Shown here: piece after piece, positions 27,624 through 37,379 of the stretch
Layout of the letters: each line of letters opens with the position of its first letter
How positions within the stretch are numbered: the first letter of the stretch is position 1
Program-made: the position numbers and the translations under genes
Notes under the pieces: generated by a model
Databases searched by the model: none
What the model was told of the DNA's origin: nothing
What the model saw: the letters and a program-made list of their open reading frames with translations, nothing else
Assembly (NCBI GenBank): GCA_002454415.1
Contig: DKIT01000045.1
Coordinates: forward strand, 42,122-93,353
DNA: 51,232 bases
Direction: 5' to 3'
From: Sphingobacterium sp. UBA6711
GTDB lineage: Bacteria; Bacteroidota; Bacteroidia; Sphingobacteriales; Sphingobacteriaceae

Positions 27624-30347
27624 TTAGTCGAGTTTATTTCCAACAAAATGTAAGCACTGAATTAAACTTAAGCTCCATTGCGCTGCCTCATTGGTGGACA
27701 TCGCCTTCCATTCCTCCTGATCGTAAGGAAGTGTAATGATAGGTACTGGAGCAATGGTTTCAGGAGATTTGGGTCTATCTCCCAAGAGTTCAGTCCAGGC
27801 CCGCTCTGCCAGCAGCTTATCCCCCAACCTGGAGGCCGCATAGGCTGTGAGCCTCGCATGGCTACTTCGCAGATTGAATTTACCTTCTTTTGTACCCAGC
27901 TCTTTCAGCCGCTGTTCATCAGGTGCATTGTATAACCGACAATATTGCAACCACGCTTTTTCAAATTTTTTATCGGGAATCACATTTAGTATCTCCTGGC
28001 AGATCTCTACAAGACCAAATACAGCATTGAGATGGGACACCCGTACCGTATTATCCTTATACCTGTCAAATCTGCCTGTCGCAATATTCAACATACTCAG
28101 GCCCGTGAAGAAGCCCTGGGGCTGATCTGCAATGCTTTGCATACTCGCTTTCAGGCGGCTCAAAATCTTGGGATCAAGGGTTCGCTCCCATTCGGTAAAC
28201 CATGCTGCGGCAATAGCCCCCCAATCGGTCCCAAATCCGTCAAGCGCTTTCCCGTCTTGTGACACAAGAGGCTCATCGACACGTTTTCGGAGCGCGACGA
28301 CATGCTGGAGTGTGGAAGCCGTTTCCACCTGTTCACGCAAGAGATCTCCAGTCCGCTCATCGGCCGTAAGATAATAGTAAAACCTTCTATTGAGCGCCGT
28401 GCTGATACGGAGCTGTTTGGCACTACAGCCCCAATGCATGACATTATGCCGACTCCCTAAAGGAGCAAATTGCCCCAGATGATGAACATCCACTTCGCCC
28501 GTATGTCGGCACATGGCTTCCGCAAAGCGAAAACAATCCCTATTACCCGAACGGAGATAATAATACCAGAGCCAAAGGTCGGTCCCAAGTTCAGAATTAT
28601 CCCAGGCGAAACCACCTACATCGTATTTCCAAACATGGCGATCTGCATCATAACTGTGCATCACATCACCATAATTCCAAAATCCATACCATCCCCTTCT
28701 GTCAACCTCCCCCCGATAAAATTTAAGCAGGGCATCCAGTTTATCTTCCAGCGCGGCCTTCAAAGGTGTACTCCGATCGGGGAGCCCCCAGTTACCACCA
28801 AATGTTTCATTCTCGAGGAGATAAGATGGGCTTACCGACAACACAGGCGGCTGCTGAAAAGCCAGTGCCAACTGGCTCAGTTTTTCTGGAGAAGGTGTTT
28901 GTTCAAAGAAGGACAGGTACAGTTCGGAAGTACGACCAACACCTAGCGGGGTTCCATATCCTTCCTCATAGTCCTCGTATGTTATTTCCAGACCTTCCCA
29001 TTGTTTTTCGTAGTTATCCTGCCCCATTCCGTCATGGTAAAAACGGAGATCCATCGCCTCAGCTTGGGGTGCCCATAACCAAGCTGTTAGCGTTGCTTCC
29101 GCCGAGGCCGAGCCGCGGATATCCAGCTGTGCAGGATAACTTTGCCAGAAATTACGTATACCTAACGCTACCCCATAAGATGGTGTCCCTACATACAGAG
29201 TGCCCATGGATTTCCCAAAATCACGCGCATGGAGCCAAGCATGTCCTGACTTGCTGCGTTTCTCAATGCTGCTCGCCGATGGATTGGCCTGTAGCAAGCT
29301 GTAGTCTCCAAACGTCGGAATATAAGGCAATCCCCGCCTTACGGGCTCAGAAATATCTTCCAGTTTGATTGCCTCACCGCGCACTTGTTTTACCCTAGCT
29401 TCTTTGCCCGGATCACGACGTAAACCAGTCAAACCTTTTACAGCTTCGGCAAATACTTCCCCTCCTTCCCCCACAAAACGAATGTAACGGTTGTATGTGG
29501 AGCTATCCTGCAGTGGCACGGCTAGCGACAGTCCAATTCCCTTAATAAAATCATGCTGTTCGTCACCATCGTACAGAAATGTGTAAATTGTTTTTATCGT
29601 GGACGACTTGTAGTATAGATAAAAACGTATGATAAATGGAAATTTTTTTAGGCCATTTTCCTGCTGGTGTACACCTTCGATACGTACGAGTACCCGTTGA
29701 CTGCCACTGTTTTCCACGACAGCTTTTTCGATTTGGGAATAGCATGCGAACCGATTCAAAGCCCCTTCGGACTCTGCATCAGGGGCGTCTTGCAGGATAA
29801 CCTTTAGGCAGCCAGCTCTACCTATCAGTTGATTATTTTGCCAAATTTCCGGTATCAGTTCTTTTCCGCGCTTTGCGAACGTTACTTGGAGTATTCCATT
29901 GTCGATGATAATGGACTGTTCTTGTTCCTGTAGCACAATACCGGACTGCTCTTGTTGGCTCTTGACTAAATACAGCTGATCCGATGCTAATCTCGAAGAA
30001 CCCGCAACTGCACAAGCCGACCATTTCACCGAACCATCCGGCCAAAAAGCCAGGGGCCAAGTCTGAACAGGAAGCTGTTGCCCCTGACTATTGCGAAGCG
30101 CAAAGTTTTGTTCCTTCCCAACAGCCCCTTTTGGCCAAGGAACTCCGAATGTGGTTCCCAAGGAAGATTCTCCTTGTTGACGATCGATCCAATTTAGTGG
30201 AATCCCCAGCTGATCATTCGATACGATTCCGTTATTTGCAAGCGCCCCTGCACCTTGGCGACCGTAGAGGTCAAGACTCGTCAAGGGGCCGATGCCCACA
30301 CCAAGTAAGGCGCTGTTTTTTAAAAACTTTCTTCTATTTAGTTTCAT
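27624..30347 (-). CDS. Tat-exported exo-rhamnogalacturonan lyase-like protein (YetA/PL26-like)
   Basis: NRRKFLK twin-arginine signal; FGVPW, WPDGSVKW, WYGFWNYGDVMH, GGFAWDNSE and GSRHNV.HWGC. Confidence 0.8.
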   Translation of the reverse strand: MKLNRRKFLKNSALLGVGIGPLTSLDLYGRQGAGALANNGIVSNDQLGIPLNWIDRQQGESSLGTTFGVPWPKGAVGKEQNFALRNSQGQQLPVQTWPLAFWPDGSVKWSACAVAGSSRLASDQLYLVKSQQEQSGIVLQEQEQSIIIDNGILQVTFAKRGKELIPEIWQNNQLIGRAGCLKVILQDAPDAESEGALNRFACYSQIEKAVVENSGSQRVLVRIEGVHQQENGLKKFPFIIRFYLYYKSSTIKTIYTFLYDGDEQHDFIKGIGLSLAVPLQDSSTYNRYIRFVGEGGEVFAEAVKGLTGLRRDPGKEARVKQVRGEAIKLEDISEPVRRGLPYIPTFGDYSLLQANPSASSIEKRSKSGHAWLHARDFGKSMGTLYVGTPSYGVALGIRNFWQSYPAQLDIRGSASAEATLTAWLWAPQAEAMDLRFYHDGMGQDNYEKQWEGLEITYEDYEEGYGTPLGVGRTSELYLSFFEQTPSPEKLSQLALAFQQPPVLSVSPSYLLENETFGGNWGLPDRSTPLKAALEDKLDALLKFYRGEVDRRGWYGFWNYGDVMHSYDADRHVWKYDVGGFAWDNSELGTDLWLWYYYLRSGNRDCFRFAEAMCRHTGEVDVHHLGQFAPLGSRHNVMHWGCSAKQLRISTALNRRFYYYLTADERTGDLLREQVETASTLQHVVALRKRVDEPLVSQDGKALDGFGTDWGAIAAAWFTEWERTLDPKILSRLKASMQSIADQPQGFFTGLSMLNIATGRFDRYKDNTVRVSHLNAVFGLVEICQEILNVIPDKKFEKAWLQYCRLYNAPDEQRLKELGTKEGKFNLRSSHARLTAYAASRLGDKLLAERAWTELLGDRPKSPETIAPVPIITLPYDQEEWKAMSTNEAAQWSLSLIQCLHFVGNKLD

Positions 30348-30358
30348 ACCTATACCGA

Positions 30359-32620
30359 TTAATAACCAGGATTCTGGTAAGCACGTCGGGCTGTCTCATC
30401 AAGCAGTACGCCGTCCTTATCCGTTAACATACTAATAAAAGATTGCGGAAAAGGTTTGAATGTATGCGTCGCTGTAAATGTACCTTTGCCATTCCCATCC
30501 TGGCCATTGACGCCAGATGGATTATCCGATTTGGACCAGCCCCCAATACGACTAGAGGCCAATTGTGCGTGATACAACATACGCTCCAACTGAATACCCG
30601 CGTGATGTATACCTTCATAGAGCACCTGCTCTGTATTAAATTCCCGGGAATATTCATTGTATATAAAATGTATAAACCGTTTCAGTTCAGTATTCGCCTC
30701 CGGTGGATATTGTTCGGCTTTGGATTTAGTCGAGCTGCCGTCCCAATATGTTGCATCTACCCGGATTTTATCCATGCTCCCCCCGGTGGTGGCATAGGGG
30801 TAGATCCGTTCATTCAGGCCTAGCAATTCAGATCCGGGATATAAACGGGCCAGTACCTCTGCACGGTTTTCTCCAGTCTTGTAGGCTGCACGGTTTCTTA
30901 ATATATTGATGTCCGCAATTGCTTTGGCGTAATCTCCTTTGCGACCGTAGGCTTCTGCCCGGATAAGGAAGGTTTCGGCGAGACGAAAAATAGCCACGTC
31001 CCGTGTCCCAAAATGATTGTCCACCGTACTGCGATTGGGATCTATGAATTTGCGTGAAGAAGGACGCACTTTACGGCTTAGGAGTAACCCAGCATTTCCA
31101 CTGTACCTGTCAGCGCCAGTCTTTCGATAATAATACTTTCCCGCGTCCTTGATCCATCGGGGATAAAGTACATAGGGCTGTGCCAAGGCCTCATTGATAT
31201 CAATTGCCGTTTCTTTTGTATTCTCCAGAAAAACAAGGCCAAGATCAGCTTTGCCGATTTTCCGCTGTCCGACCACGGCATTGCGTCCATCCCACGATGG
31301 CCTTTTGTACCCCGGTTTAATAGTGGTATTAAAGAATTCGGCTTCACTTGCCAGCCAGGTCAGGGACGCATTTTTCGCATCGGTATAAGCCAGTCCCGGT
31401 CCATCCGTTTGGGAGGCATTGTCAAAGGAAGCACTTTGGTATTCCAGCTGGAAGGATTTTTCAAAACGGGAGTCATTAAGCTTATCGGTAAACACATCAT
31501 AGCCCCAGTCTGACGGTAGAAAGCCTTGTCCTTTGAGCAAACCGTAGGACCATGTCCAGCTTGAAATATTCCAGGCCGCGTTGCGGTAATCAGCGGTAAA
31601 AGCGGCATTGGTACGCATACCGTAGCGGCCATTGTCGAGATTGTTACCATAGGAGGCCTGCAGAATAATCTCGGAATTAGCTTCGTTACTCCAATCGCCT
31701 TTTTCAATGGCAAAAAGATCCCAATAATCGGCGGCTAAGCTGATTCCCGAACTGATCACCTGCGAAGAATAATAGATGGCTGAATCGAGATCCACCAGCC
31801 CTTCCCCCTTATAAAGCAAACCTTGGTACGCATTGGGACTAGTGGGATCCACCGTCCCATCTGCATTTCGATAGGATTTAAAAGCTGCGGCCTGATGCCG
31901 TTGCAAGTAAAGTTTAGACAAGAAGTGCGCGGCCGCGTTGCGGGTGATCCGACCACGCTGTGTCTGTGCAGCAGTAGGCAAATACTGCTCCGCAAAGCGC
32001 AGGTCCGAAATTAATTTGGTATAGATGATCGCCGAACTTGTTTTTGGCAAGTAAAAATGATCCGGTAGACTATTATTACTTTTCAACGGAAAGGGAACAT
32101 CCCCCAATTGGGTAACCAATAGATAATAAGCATAGGCTCTGAGAAAATAGAGCTCCGAGAGCCTTTGATTGGCATAGGCCTGATCGCTCGCATATTTTCC
32201 TGGAGCTTTTTCCGTAATAATTTCTATTGCCTTATTGCAGTCATTAATAATGGGATAAGCGCCCAACAGTTGTGTTTGATAATAGCCGATCAGGTTATTG
32301 GCATATTCACCAGCTGCCCCCGAAGACGACCATACCGCAGGGCTAAAAGTCGCCCAGGAATTATCGAGAGGTTCAACGATATCGTTACCCGTTTCGAAAA
32401 GAAAGGGCCCTTCCATAAATCCATATTTCCATCGCAATATATTATAATTCGCGACGACTAGCTCGTCGAGTCCTTTTTCGGATTCAAAATAATCCTGCGT
32501 GATCGTGGAGACCATTTCCTCTTTGAGAAAGTCCTTGCAGGAACTCAGTCCTATTCCTGCCGATAGTATCGTTATTCCCCAAAGGATAACCGTTTTTTTA
32601 TTGTATTTTCCAAGTCTCAT
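30359..32620 (-). CDS. RagB/SusD lipoprotein
   Basis: LSSC lipobox; FLRAYAYY.LV.QLGDVP, FRLAETFLIRAEA and terminal QNPGY. Confidence 0.93.
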   Translation of the reverse strand: MRLGKYNKKTVILWGITILSAGIGLSSCKDFLKEEMVSTITQDYFESEKGLDELVVANYNILRWKYGFMEGPFLFETGNDIVEPLDNSWATFSPAVWSSSGAAGEYANNLIGYYQTQLLGAYPIINDCNKAIEIITEKAPGKYASDQAYANQRLSELYFLRAYAYYLLVTQLGDVPFPLKSNNSLPDHFYLPKTSSAIIYTKLISDLRFAEQYLPTAAQTQRGRITRNAAAHFLSKLYLQRHQAAAFKSYRNADGTVDPTSPNAYQGLLYKGEGLVDLDSAIYYSSQVISSGISLAADYWDLFAIEKGDWSNEANSEIILQASYGNNLDNGRYGMRTNAAFTADYRNAAWNISSWTWSYGLLKGQGFLPSDWGYDVFTDKLNDSRFEKSFQLEYQSASFDNASQTDGPGLAYTDAKNASLTWLASEAEFFNTTIKPGYKRPSWDGRNAVVGQRKIGKADLGLVFLENTKETAIDINEALAQPYVLYPRWIKDAGKYYYRKTGADRYSGNAGLLLSRKVRPSSRKFIDPNRSTVDNHFGTRDVAIFRLAETFLIRAEAYGRKGDYAKAIADINILRNRAAYKTGENRAEVLARLYPGSELLGLNERIYPYATTGGSMDKIRVDATYWDGSSTKSKAEQYPPEANTELKRFIHFIYNEYSREFNTEQVLYEGIHHAGIQLERMLYHAQLASSRIGGWSKSDNPSGVNGQDGNGKGTFTATHTFKPFPQSFISMLTDKDGVLLDETARRAYQNPGY

Positions 32621-32639
32621 ATTTTGTTGGTACTATTGA

Positions 32640-35600
32640 TTAAAGCCCGATTCTCAATCCGAGAACGGCACTGCGCAATAAGATGGTATTGGCGGTCTGT
32701 CCACCACGTTCGGCTGCTGCGGCGTTGTCCCAGCCATTTACATCGTCCGGATTCAGGCCAATTTTTACGGCTTCACCGCCCCAAATCACCGGGTTTAAGA
32801 CCTGCGCATATAGCTGTAGGCTTCCGATGTTGAGTCTATCCAACAGCGGCTGTCTGAACGTGTAACCCAAGGACACATAGCGCAATGACACCAGACTACC
32901 ACTGGTATAATTACGTGCCGCATTGTAGTTTGTAAATGTAGCTGTCGTCTGTTGCGGAAAAGATGCCGTGGTATTTTCTGGGCTCCATACATCAGCTTCT
33001 TTCCGACGTCCATAGGTTTGGAGCGCACCGTAATAGCTACTGCCTATGCGCGCATAAACAAAGAATGAGAAGTCCCAGTTTCTGTAACGAAAAGCGTTGA
33101 CAATCCCCCCTGTCCATTGAGGTCTATTGCTGCCCAAGATCTCTTTATCATTGTCATTGATGGTTCCAAAACCATTATCGAGATAAGTGACAATCTCACC
33201 GGAGGCTAGCGTGACAGATTTCGCGCCATCTGTACCGGGTTGTACTTCCACAAGTTGCTGATCTTTAATTTTCACCTGCCCTGGCAATGCTGTGATATTT
33301 CCAATTTTTCGGTAGAGTTCTATCAGTCTGGAGTCTTCGGGCGTTTGTTGCCACAGGCGATCATATACATAATCCCTAAATACTGCGATAGGCTGTCCGA
33401 TAAACCAACCATTGGCCACATCATCCACCTTTCCATCCACCAATTCGACAATCTTCTCCCGGTTTCTGCTCCAGGTTACCGTTGTGTTCCAGGAGAAATC
33501 GGGACGATTGATATTTTTACTTGAGAGACTGATTTCTAACCCACTGTTACTCGTTTTTCCGATATTGCCCAATACACTGTTGTATCCCAGCACCGGTGGA
33601 ATAGATCGATTGAGCAGCAGGTCTTTCGTATTGGCCCTGTACCATTCCACAGCACCTGTTATTCGATTGTTGAGAAAACCAAAATCTATTCCTACATTAT
33701 GCTGCACAGTTTTTTCCCAACCTAGATTTGCGTTTGGCATCGATGCTGATTTATAGCCCGGAGATTGCGTTTCGTCAAACACGTATGCGGCACCGACAAT
33801 TGTTCCCGAAGTCGTATAAGGCGATACAGAAGAATTGCCCGTTACACCAACGCCATACCGTAGCTTGAGCTGATCAATCCAGTCGACATGTTTCAACCAG
33901 GGTTCTTCCTCCAATTTATACGCTACTACCAAAGAAGGAAAGAAATCAAACTTATGTCCCTGAGCGAGTACAGAAGCACCGTCCCAGCGCCCAGTGGCGG
34001 TAAGCAGGTACTTATTTTTCAGTGCATAATTAGCGCGCAGCATATACGAAAGCAATGTATATTTACTGTACGACGTCCCATAGCTCATGGGACGGCCAAG
34101 GTCATTTGCGCCTAAATTGTACCATAAAGAAGAGGGGAAGGTGATATCCTGCGCCCGGATATTAATGCCATTAGATCTGTTTTCCTGTGATGACTGCAAC
34201 ACATCCACTTTCAGCGCCTGATCACCCCAGTTCTTATCAAATGTCAACATATTCTCAAAAACCCAGGACAATCTCTTACTATGGGCGTTATAGCCAATCA
34301 AAGGAGCTGTGCCCACGGCCGAAAAAGGATTGGTGTAATCTGGCCCATAAAATGAACCATTTTCCACTCCCGTATACTGCACGCCAAATTTGAGCTGATA
34401 TGTTAACCAAGGCGTGAAGTTGAGCTGAGCAAAAGCATTGGAGAGCACACTATATTGGGTGTATTCATTTTTGCTGTTTTCAATATTCAACAGCACGTTA
34501 TGAGCAGACAATCCTGTACGGTTGGTATTGAGCAATAGACCATTTTCATCATAAGCGGGTGCAAAGGGCATCATTGCCAAGGCCTGGCTATACGAATCTT
34601 TTCCACCTGAGTTGGCCGTATTGTCGGCCATACCATAATTTTGAAGGGAATAACTACCTATCGTTGAAATGCCTAGCTTTAACCATTTGCGTGGTGAGAC
34701 ATCCCCCTTTAAGGTTGTTGTGTATCGTTTATAATCCTGATCAATCATGGCGCCCTGCTGATCCAGTACTCCTGCGGACAAATAAAGTCTTGATGTTTCA
34801 CTACCCGAAGAAAGTGAGATACTGTGGTTATTTGTTTTTGCCAGGCGTGTTACCAAATCTGTCCAGCCCTGATTGGGTAGGTTTGCGCCGTTGTATACAG
34901 GAACCTGTTGTGCATATCCAGCAGCGATCTCCTGTGGAGTCGCATCACGCAATAGAACTTTACCATCAGCGTCCCAGCTATAAGCCTTTCGGATCGATTC
35001 AATACCATAAGATTCACCACCGCCAAAATTTTGAACATCAAAATCTGGATCGGGTGCTGTACCGTATTTTCCCGTATACGTTCCCCCATTGATATGGCTC
35101 TGCCTTTGCCAGTCCAATAGCGCCTTGGAGTCCATCCATTCTGTCGTCGAATGGATCTGATCGAAGGATAATGATCCATTATATTGAACGGATACCTGAC
35201 CTTTTTTTCCTTCCAATAGAGAAACCAGAATTACGCCATTTGCTCCACGAGATCCGTAGATCGCCGTTGCAGAAGCATCTTTCAATATTTCAATGGAAGC
35301 GATATCCTTTGGATTGATGATGGCGGCTTCACTTGCAGATATCGGAATACCGTCGACCACATAAAGCGGTTCGTTCGAAGCGTTGATCGATCGGTTTCCC
35401 CGTATACGGATGGTACCTATTCCGCCTGGGCGATTGTTCGAAGTGATGTCCACACCACTAGCTTTACCTTGAATGCCCTGTACGATATTAGTGATTGGTC
35501 GGTCGTTGAGATCCTGTCCTTTAATTTGAGATAATGCACCTGTAATATCTCTTTTTTTTGTGGTACCATATCCGACAACGACAATTTCATCGAGCTGTCG

Positions 35601-35930
35601 ATCTTGGGGACGCAATTTGATTTCAACTGGCGAACGTTGCACAATTAACGTATCGGAGCTGTAGCCAACATGGCTTACGATAACTTTAAAAGGTAGTTTT
35701 TGACCGGTCCGGAAAGAAAAACGGCCCCAAGCATCCGTCTGGACACGATGCGTAACCGCATCAAGTTGTATGGTTGCCCCGGCGATGGGTTTATGACTTT
35801 GCGCGTCGGACACAGTGCCAGCGAGATCCACATTGATGATGGGTGAAACAGGTTGCTGCGCGAGCACTATTCCCGCCTGAAAAGACGCAAATAGTGCCAC
35901 TGACAATTGTTTCCAATTGTTTGTGTTCAT
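32640..35930 (-). CDS. SusC/RagA TonB-dependent transporter
   Basis: LDEIVVVGYG, IRIRG, PLYVVDG and ILKDASATAIYGSRGANGVI. Confidence 0.96.
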   Translation of the reverse strand: MNTNNWKQLSVALFASFQAGIVLAQQPVSPIINVDLAGTVSDAQSHKPIAGATIQLDAVTHRVQTDAWGRFSFRTGQKLPFKVIVSHVGYSSDTLIVQRSPVEIKLRPQDRQLDEIVVVGYGTTKKRDITGALSQIKGQDLNDRPITNIVQGIQGKASGVDITSNNRPGGIGTIRIRGNRSINASNEPLYVVDGIPISASEAAIINPKDIASIEILKDASATAIYGSRGANGVILVSLLEGKKGQVSVQYNGSLSFDQIHSTTEWMDSKALLDWQRQSHINGGTYTGKYGTAPDPDFDVQNFGGGESYGIESIRKAYSWDADGKVLLRDATPQEIAAGYAQQVPVYNGANLPNQGWTDLVTRLAKTNNHSISLSSGSETSRLYLSAGVLDQQGAMIDQDYKRYTTTLKGDVSPRKWLKLGISTIGSYSLQNYGMADNTANSGGKDSYSQALAMMPFAPAYDENGLLLNTNRTGLSAHNVLLNIENSKNEYTQYSVLSNAFAQLNFTPWLTYQLKFGVQYTGVENGSFYGPDYTNPFSAVGTAPLIGYNAHSKRLSWVFENMLTFDKNWGDQALKVDVLQSSQENRSNGINIRAQDITFPSSLWYNLGANDLGRPMSYGTSYSKYTLLSYMLRANYALKNKYLLTATGRWDGASVLAQGHKFDFFPSLVVAYKLEEEPWLKHVDWIDQLKLRYGVGVTGNSSVSPYTTSGTIVGAAYVFDETQSPGYKSASMPNANLGWEKTVQHNVGIDFGFLNNRITGAVEWYRANTKDLLLNRSIPPVLGYNSVLGNIGKTSNSGLEISLSSKNINRPDFSWNTTVTWSRNREKIVELVDGKVDDVANGWFIGQPIAVFRDYVYDRLWQQTPEDSRLIELYRKIGNITALPGQVKIKDQQLVEVQPGTDGAKSVTLASGEIVTYLDNGFGTINDNDKEILGSNRPQWTGGIVNAFRYRNWDFSFFVYARIGSSYYGALQTYGRRKEADVWSPENTTASFPQQTTATFTNYNAARNYTSGSLVSLRYVSLGYTFRQPLLDRLNIGSLQLYAQVLNPVIWGGEAVKIGLNPDDVNGWDNAAAAERGGQTANTILLRSAVLGLRIGL

Positions 35931-35963
35931 AAAAACAGTAGAGTAGGTTGATTTTGAATACTT

Positions 35964-35989
35964 AAAAAAACGAGCAGCTTTTGAGCTGC
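35964..35989 (-). terminator. Leader terminator/attenuator hairpin upstream of susC
   Basis: Minus strand reads GCAGCT-CAAA-AGCTGC-TCG-TTTTTTT, between the leader ORF stop and the susC start. Confidence 0.6.
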
Positions 35990-35996
35990 GGCTGCA

Positions 35997-36092
35997 TTAG
36001 GCCATGCACATTCGCTTTGACTTCAAAAGGTGGGTATTCAAATAGAAACTGTTTTTGGAAGAGATCGCTTGTCTAAAATAATACTTGCTCAT
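35997..36092 (-). CDS. Putative 31-aa leader peptide MSKYYFRQAISSKNSFYLNTHLLKSKRMCMA
   Basis: ATG at 36092, TAA at 35999-35997; Met-Cys-Met just before the stop; lies between a -7 promoter element and a terminator hairpin. Confidence 0.6.
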   Translation of the reverse strand: MSKYYFRQAISSKNSFYLNTHLLKSKRMCMA

Positions 36093-36159
36093 AGAAATTA
36101 AAATTGTAAAGATTACACTTAATAAAAAACGTTACCAACGCCAATTGAGAAACGGTGAA

Positions 36160-36167
36160 CAAATATA
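36160..36167 (-). promoter_or_regulatory. Bacteroidota -7 promoter element (TATATTTG)
   Basis: Exact TAnnTTTG match upstream of the leader ORF and susC. Confidence 0.6.
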
Positions 36168-36209
36168 AAAATAGTAATTAATAAAGTCTACTATTTTTGT
36201 AGTATTTTT

Positions 36210-37283
36210 TTATTCGCTGCGATTATCACTTTCTTCTGCTTTCCCCTCCGCTATCATTTCATTGACTTCGCTTATATCACCTTTTTCAAGGTGTTCGATA
36301 TCTTCCGCTTGTTCTTCGGAATAACGGTCGATAAAAAATGTACAGCCCATTGGGAAATGATCCGACCCAACCGAAGGATAAATAAACAATTTGTCTATAA
36401 ACACGGACGGACTATGAAACAGTAGATCAAGCGGTACGCGGAAAAACCAGTAGTTGGCATGGAAAGTGGACAATATGCCCCTTCCGATCCGGGCATCAAT
36501 CAGTTTGCTCGTTTTCTTAAACAAAAGGGAGGATTTGGCCCAAGCCACATTATTGAAATCGCCTGTCACCACTACAGGCATTTTATACTGGCCCACACGC
36601 TTCGCCACACTGAGCAGATCACCATCCCGTTCCTTGGAATTTTCTTCTTCGGTAGGGCTTGGCGGCGGCGGATGAACAGCAAAAAATATAAATCGGTGTC
36701 CATCTGCAGTTTCCAATTCGATCTCCATGCTTGGAATATCCTCGGCTACAAAATAATGGACCTGGCTTTTATTGACCTTTAGTTTGGTATAAAAATGCAT
36801 GCCGTAGGTATTGTCCAAGGTGACCTTTTCAAAATTGGGATAATCGGCCTCCAAAACACGTAGTGCTTTTTCCCATCCGCCATCGCTTTCCATGGTCAGG
36901 AAGATCTGCGGCTGTTCTTTGTTTATCAAGTCGATAAAGCGATTATACGCCGTGTTGAATTGGAGTACATTACAGGAAATCACTTTAATGCTATCCGAAG
37001 CATCCTTGCCTTTATCATATTTTTCACGACGCCAAAATTTGGTATAGCGCACCAAGATATAGACATGATAAATGATCAAGGTCGCCTGAGCCAACTGAAC
37101 CCACCACATCCAAGGATTTTCTGAAACCAAATAAAACCCCAGCGCCAATACAGGTATCTGAAATACCAAAAGCTGGAGTTTGATAAATTCAGCCACGCGA
37201 AAAACCCAATGTTGGCTTTGGCTAAAAGGTAAAACACTCAGGATAATCAATATCGCTGAGAAGACAAGAAAAAAAATCTGCAT
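36210..37283 (-). CDS. Endonuclease/exonuclease/phosphatase (EEP) family membrane protein
   Basis: Three N-terminal TM helices; SCNV, ME, GDFNNV, LD and GSDHFP motifs. Confidence 0.9.
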   Translation of the reverse strand: MQIFFLVFSAILIILSVLPFSQSQHWVFRVAEFIKLQLLVFQIPVLALGFYLVSENPWMWWVQLAQATLIIYHVYILVRYTKFWRREKYDKGKDASDSIKVISCNVLQFNTAYNRFIDLINKEQPQIFLTMESDGGWEKALRVLEADYPNFEKVTLDNTYGMHFYTKLKVNKSQVHYFVAEDIPSMEIELETADGHRFIFFAVHPPPPSPTEEENSKERDGDLLSVAKRVGQYKMPVVVTGDFNNVAWAKSSLLFKKTSKLIDARIGRGILSTFHANYWFFRVPLDLLFHSPSVFIDKLFIYPSVGSDHFPMGCTFFIDRYSEEQAEDIEHLEKGDISEVNEMIAEGKAEESDNRSE

Positions 37284-37379
37284 ATCTATCTTTCAACTTT
37301 ATAACAAATATATCGCTTGAGCACGATACTTTCGGTCAAAAAAATGGTATTCTCAACAAAACCTCGCATTAAAGTATAA

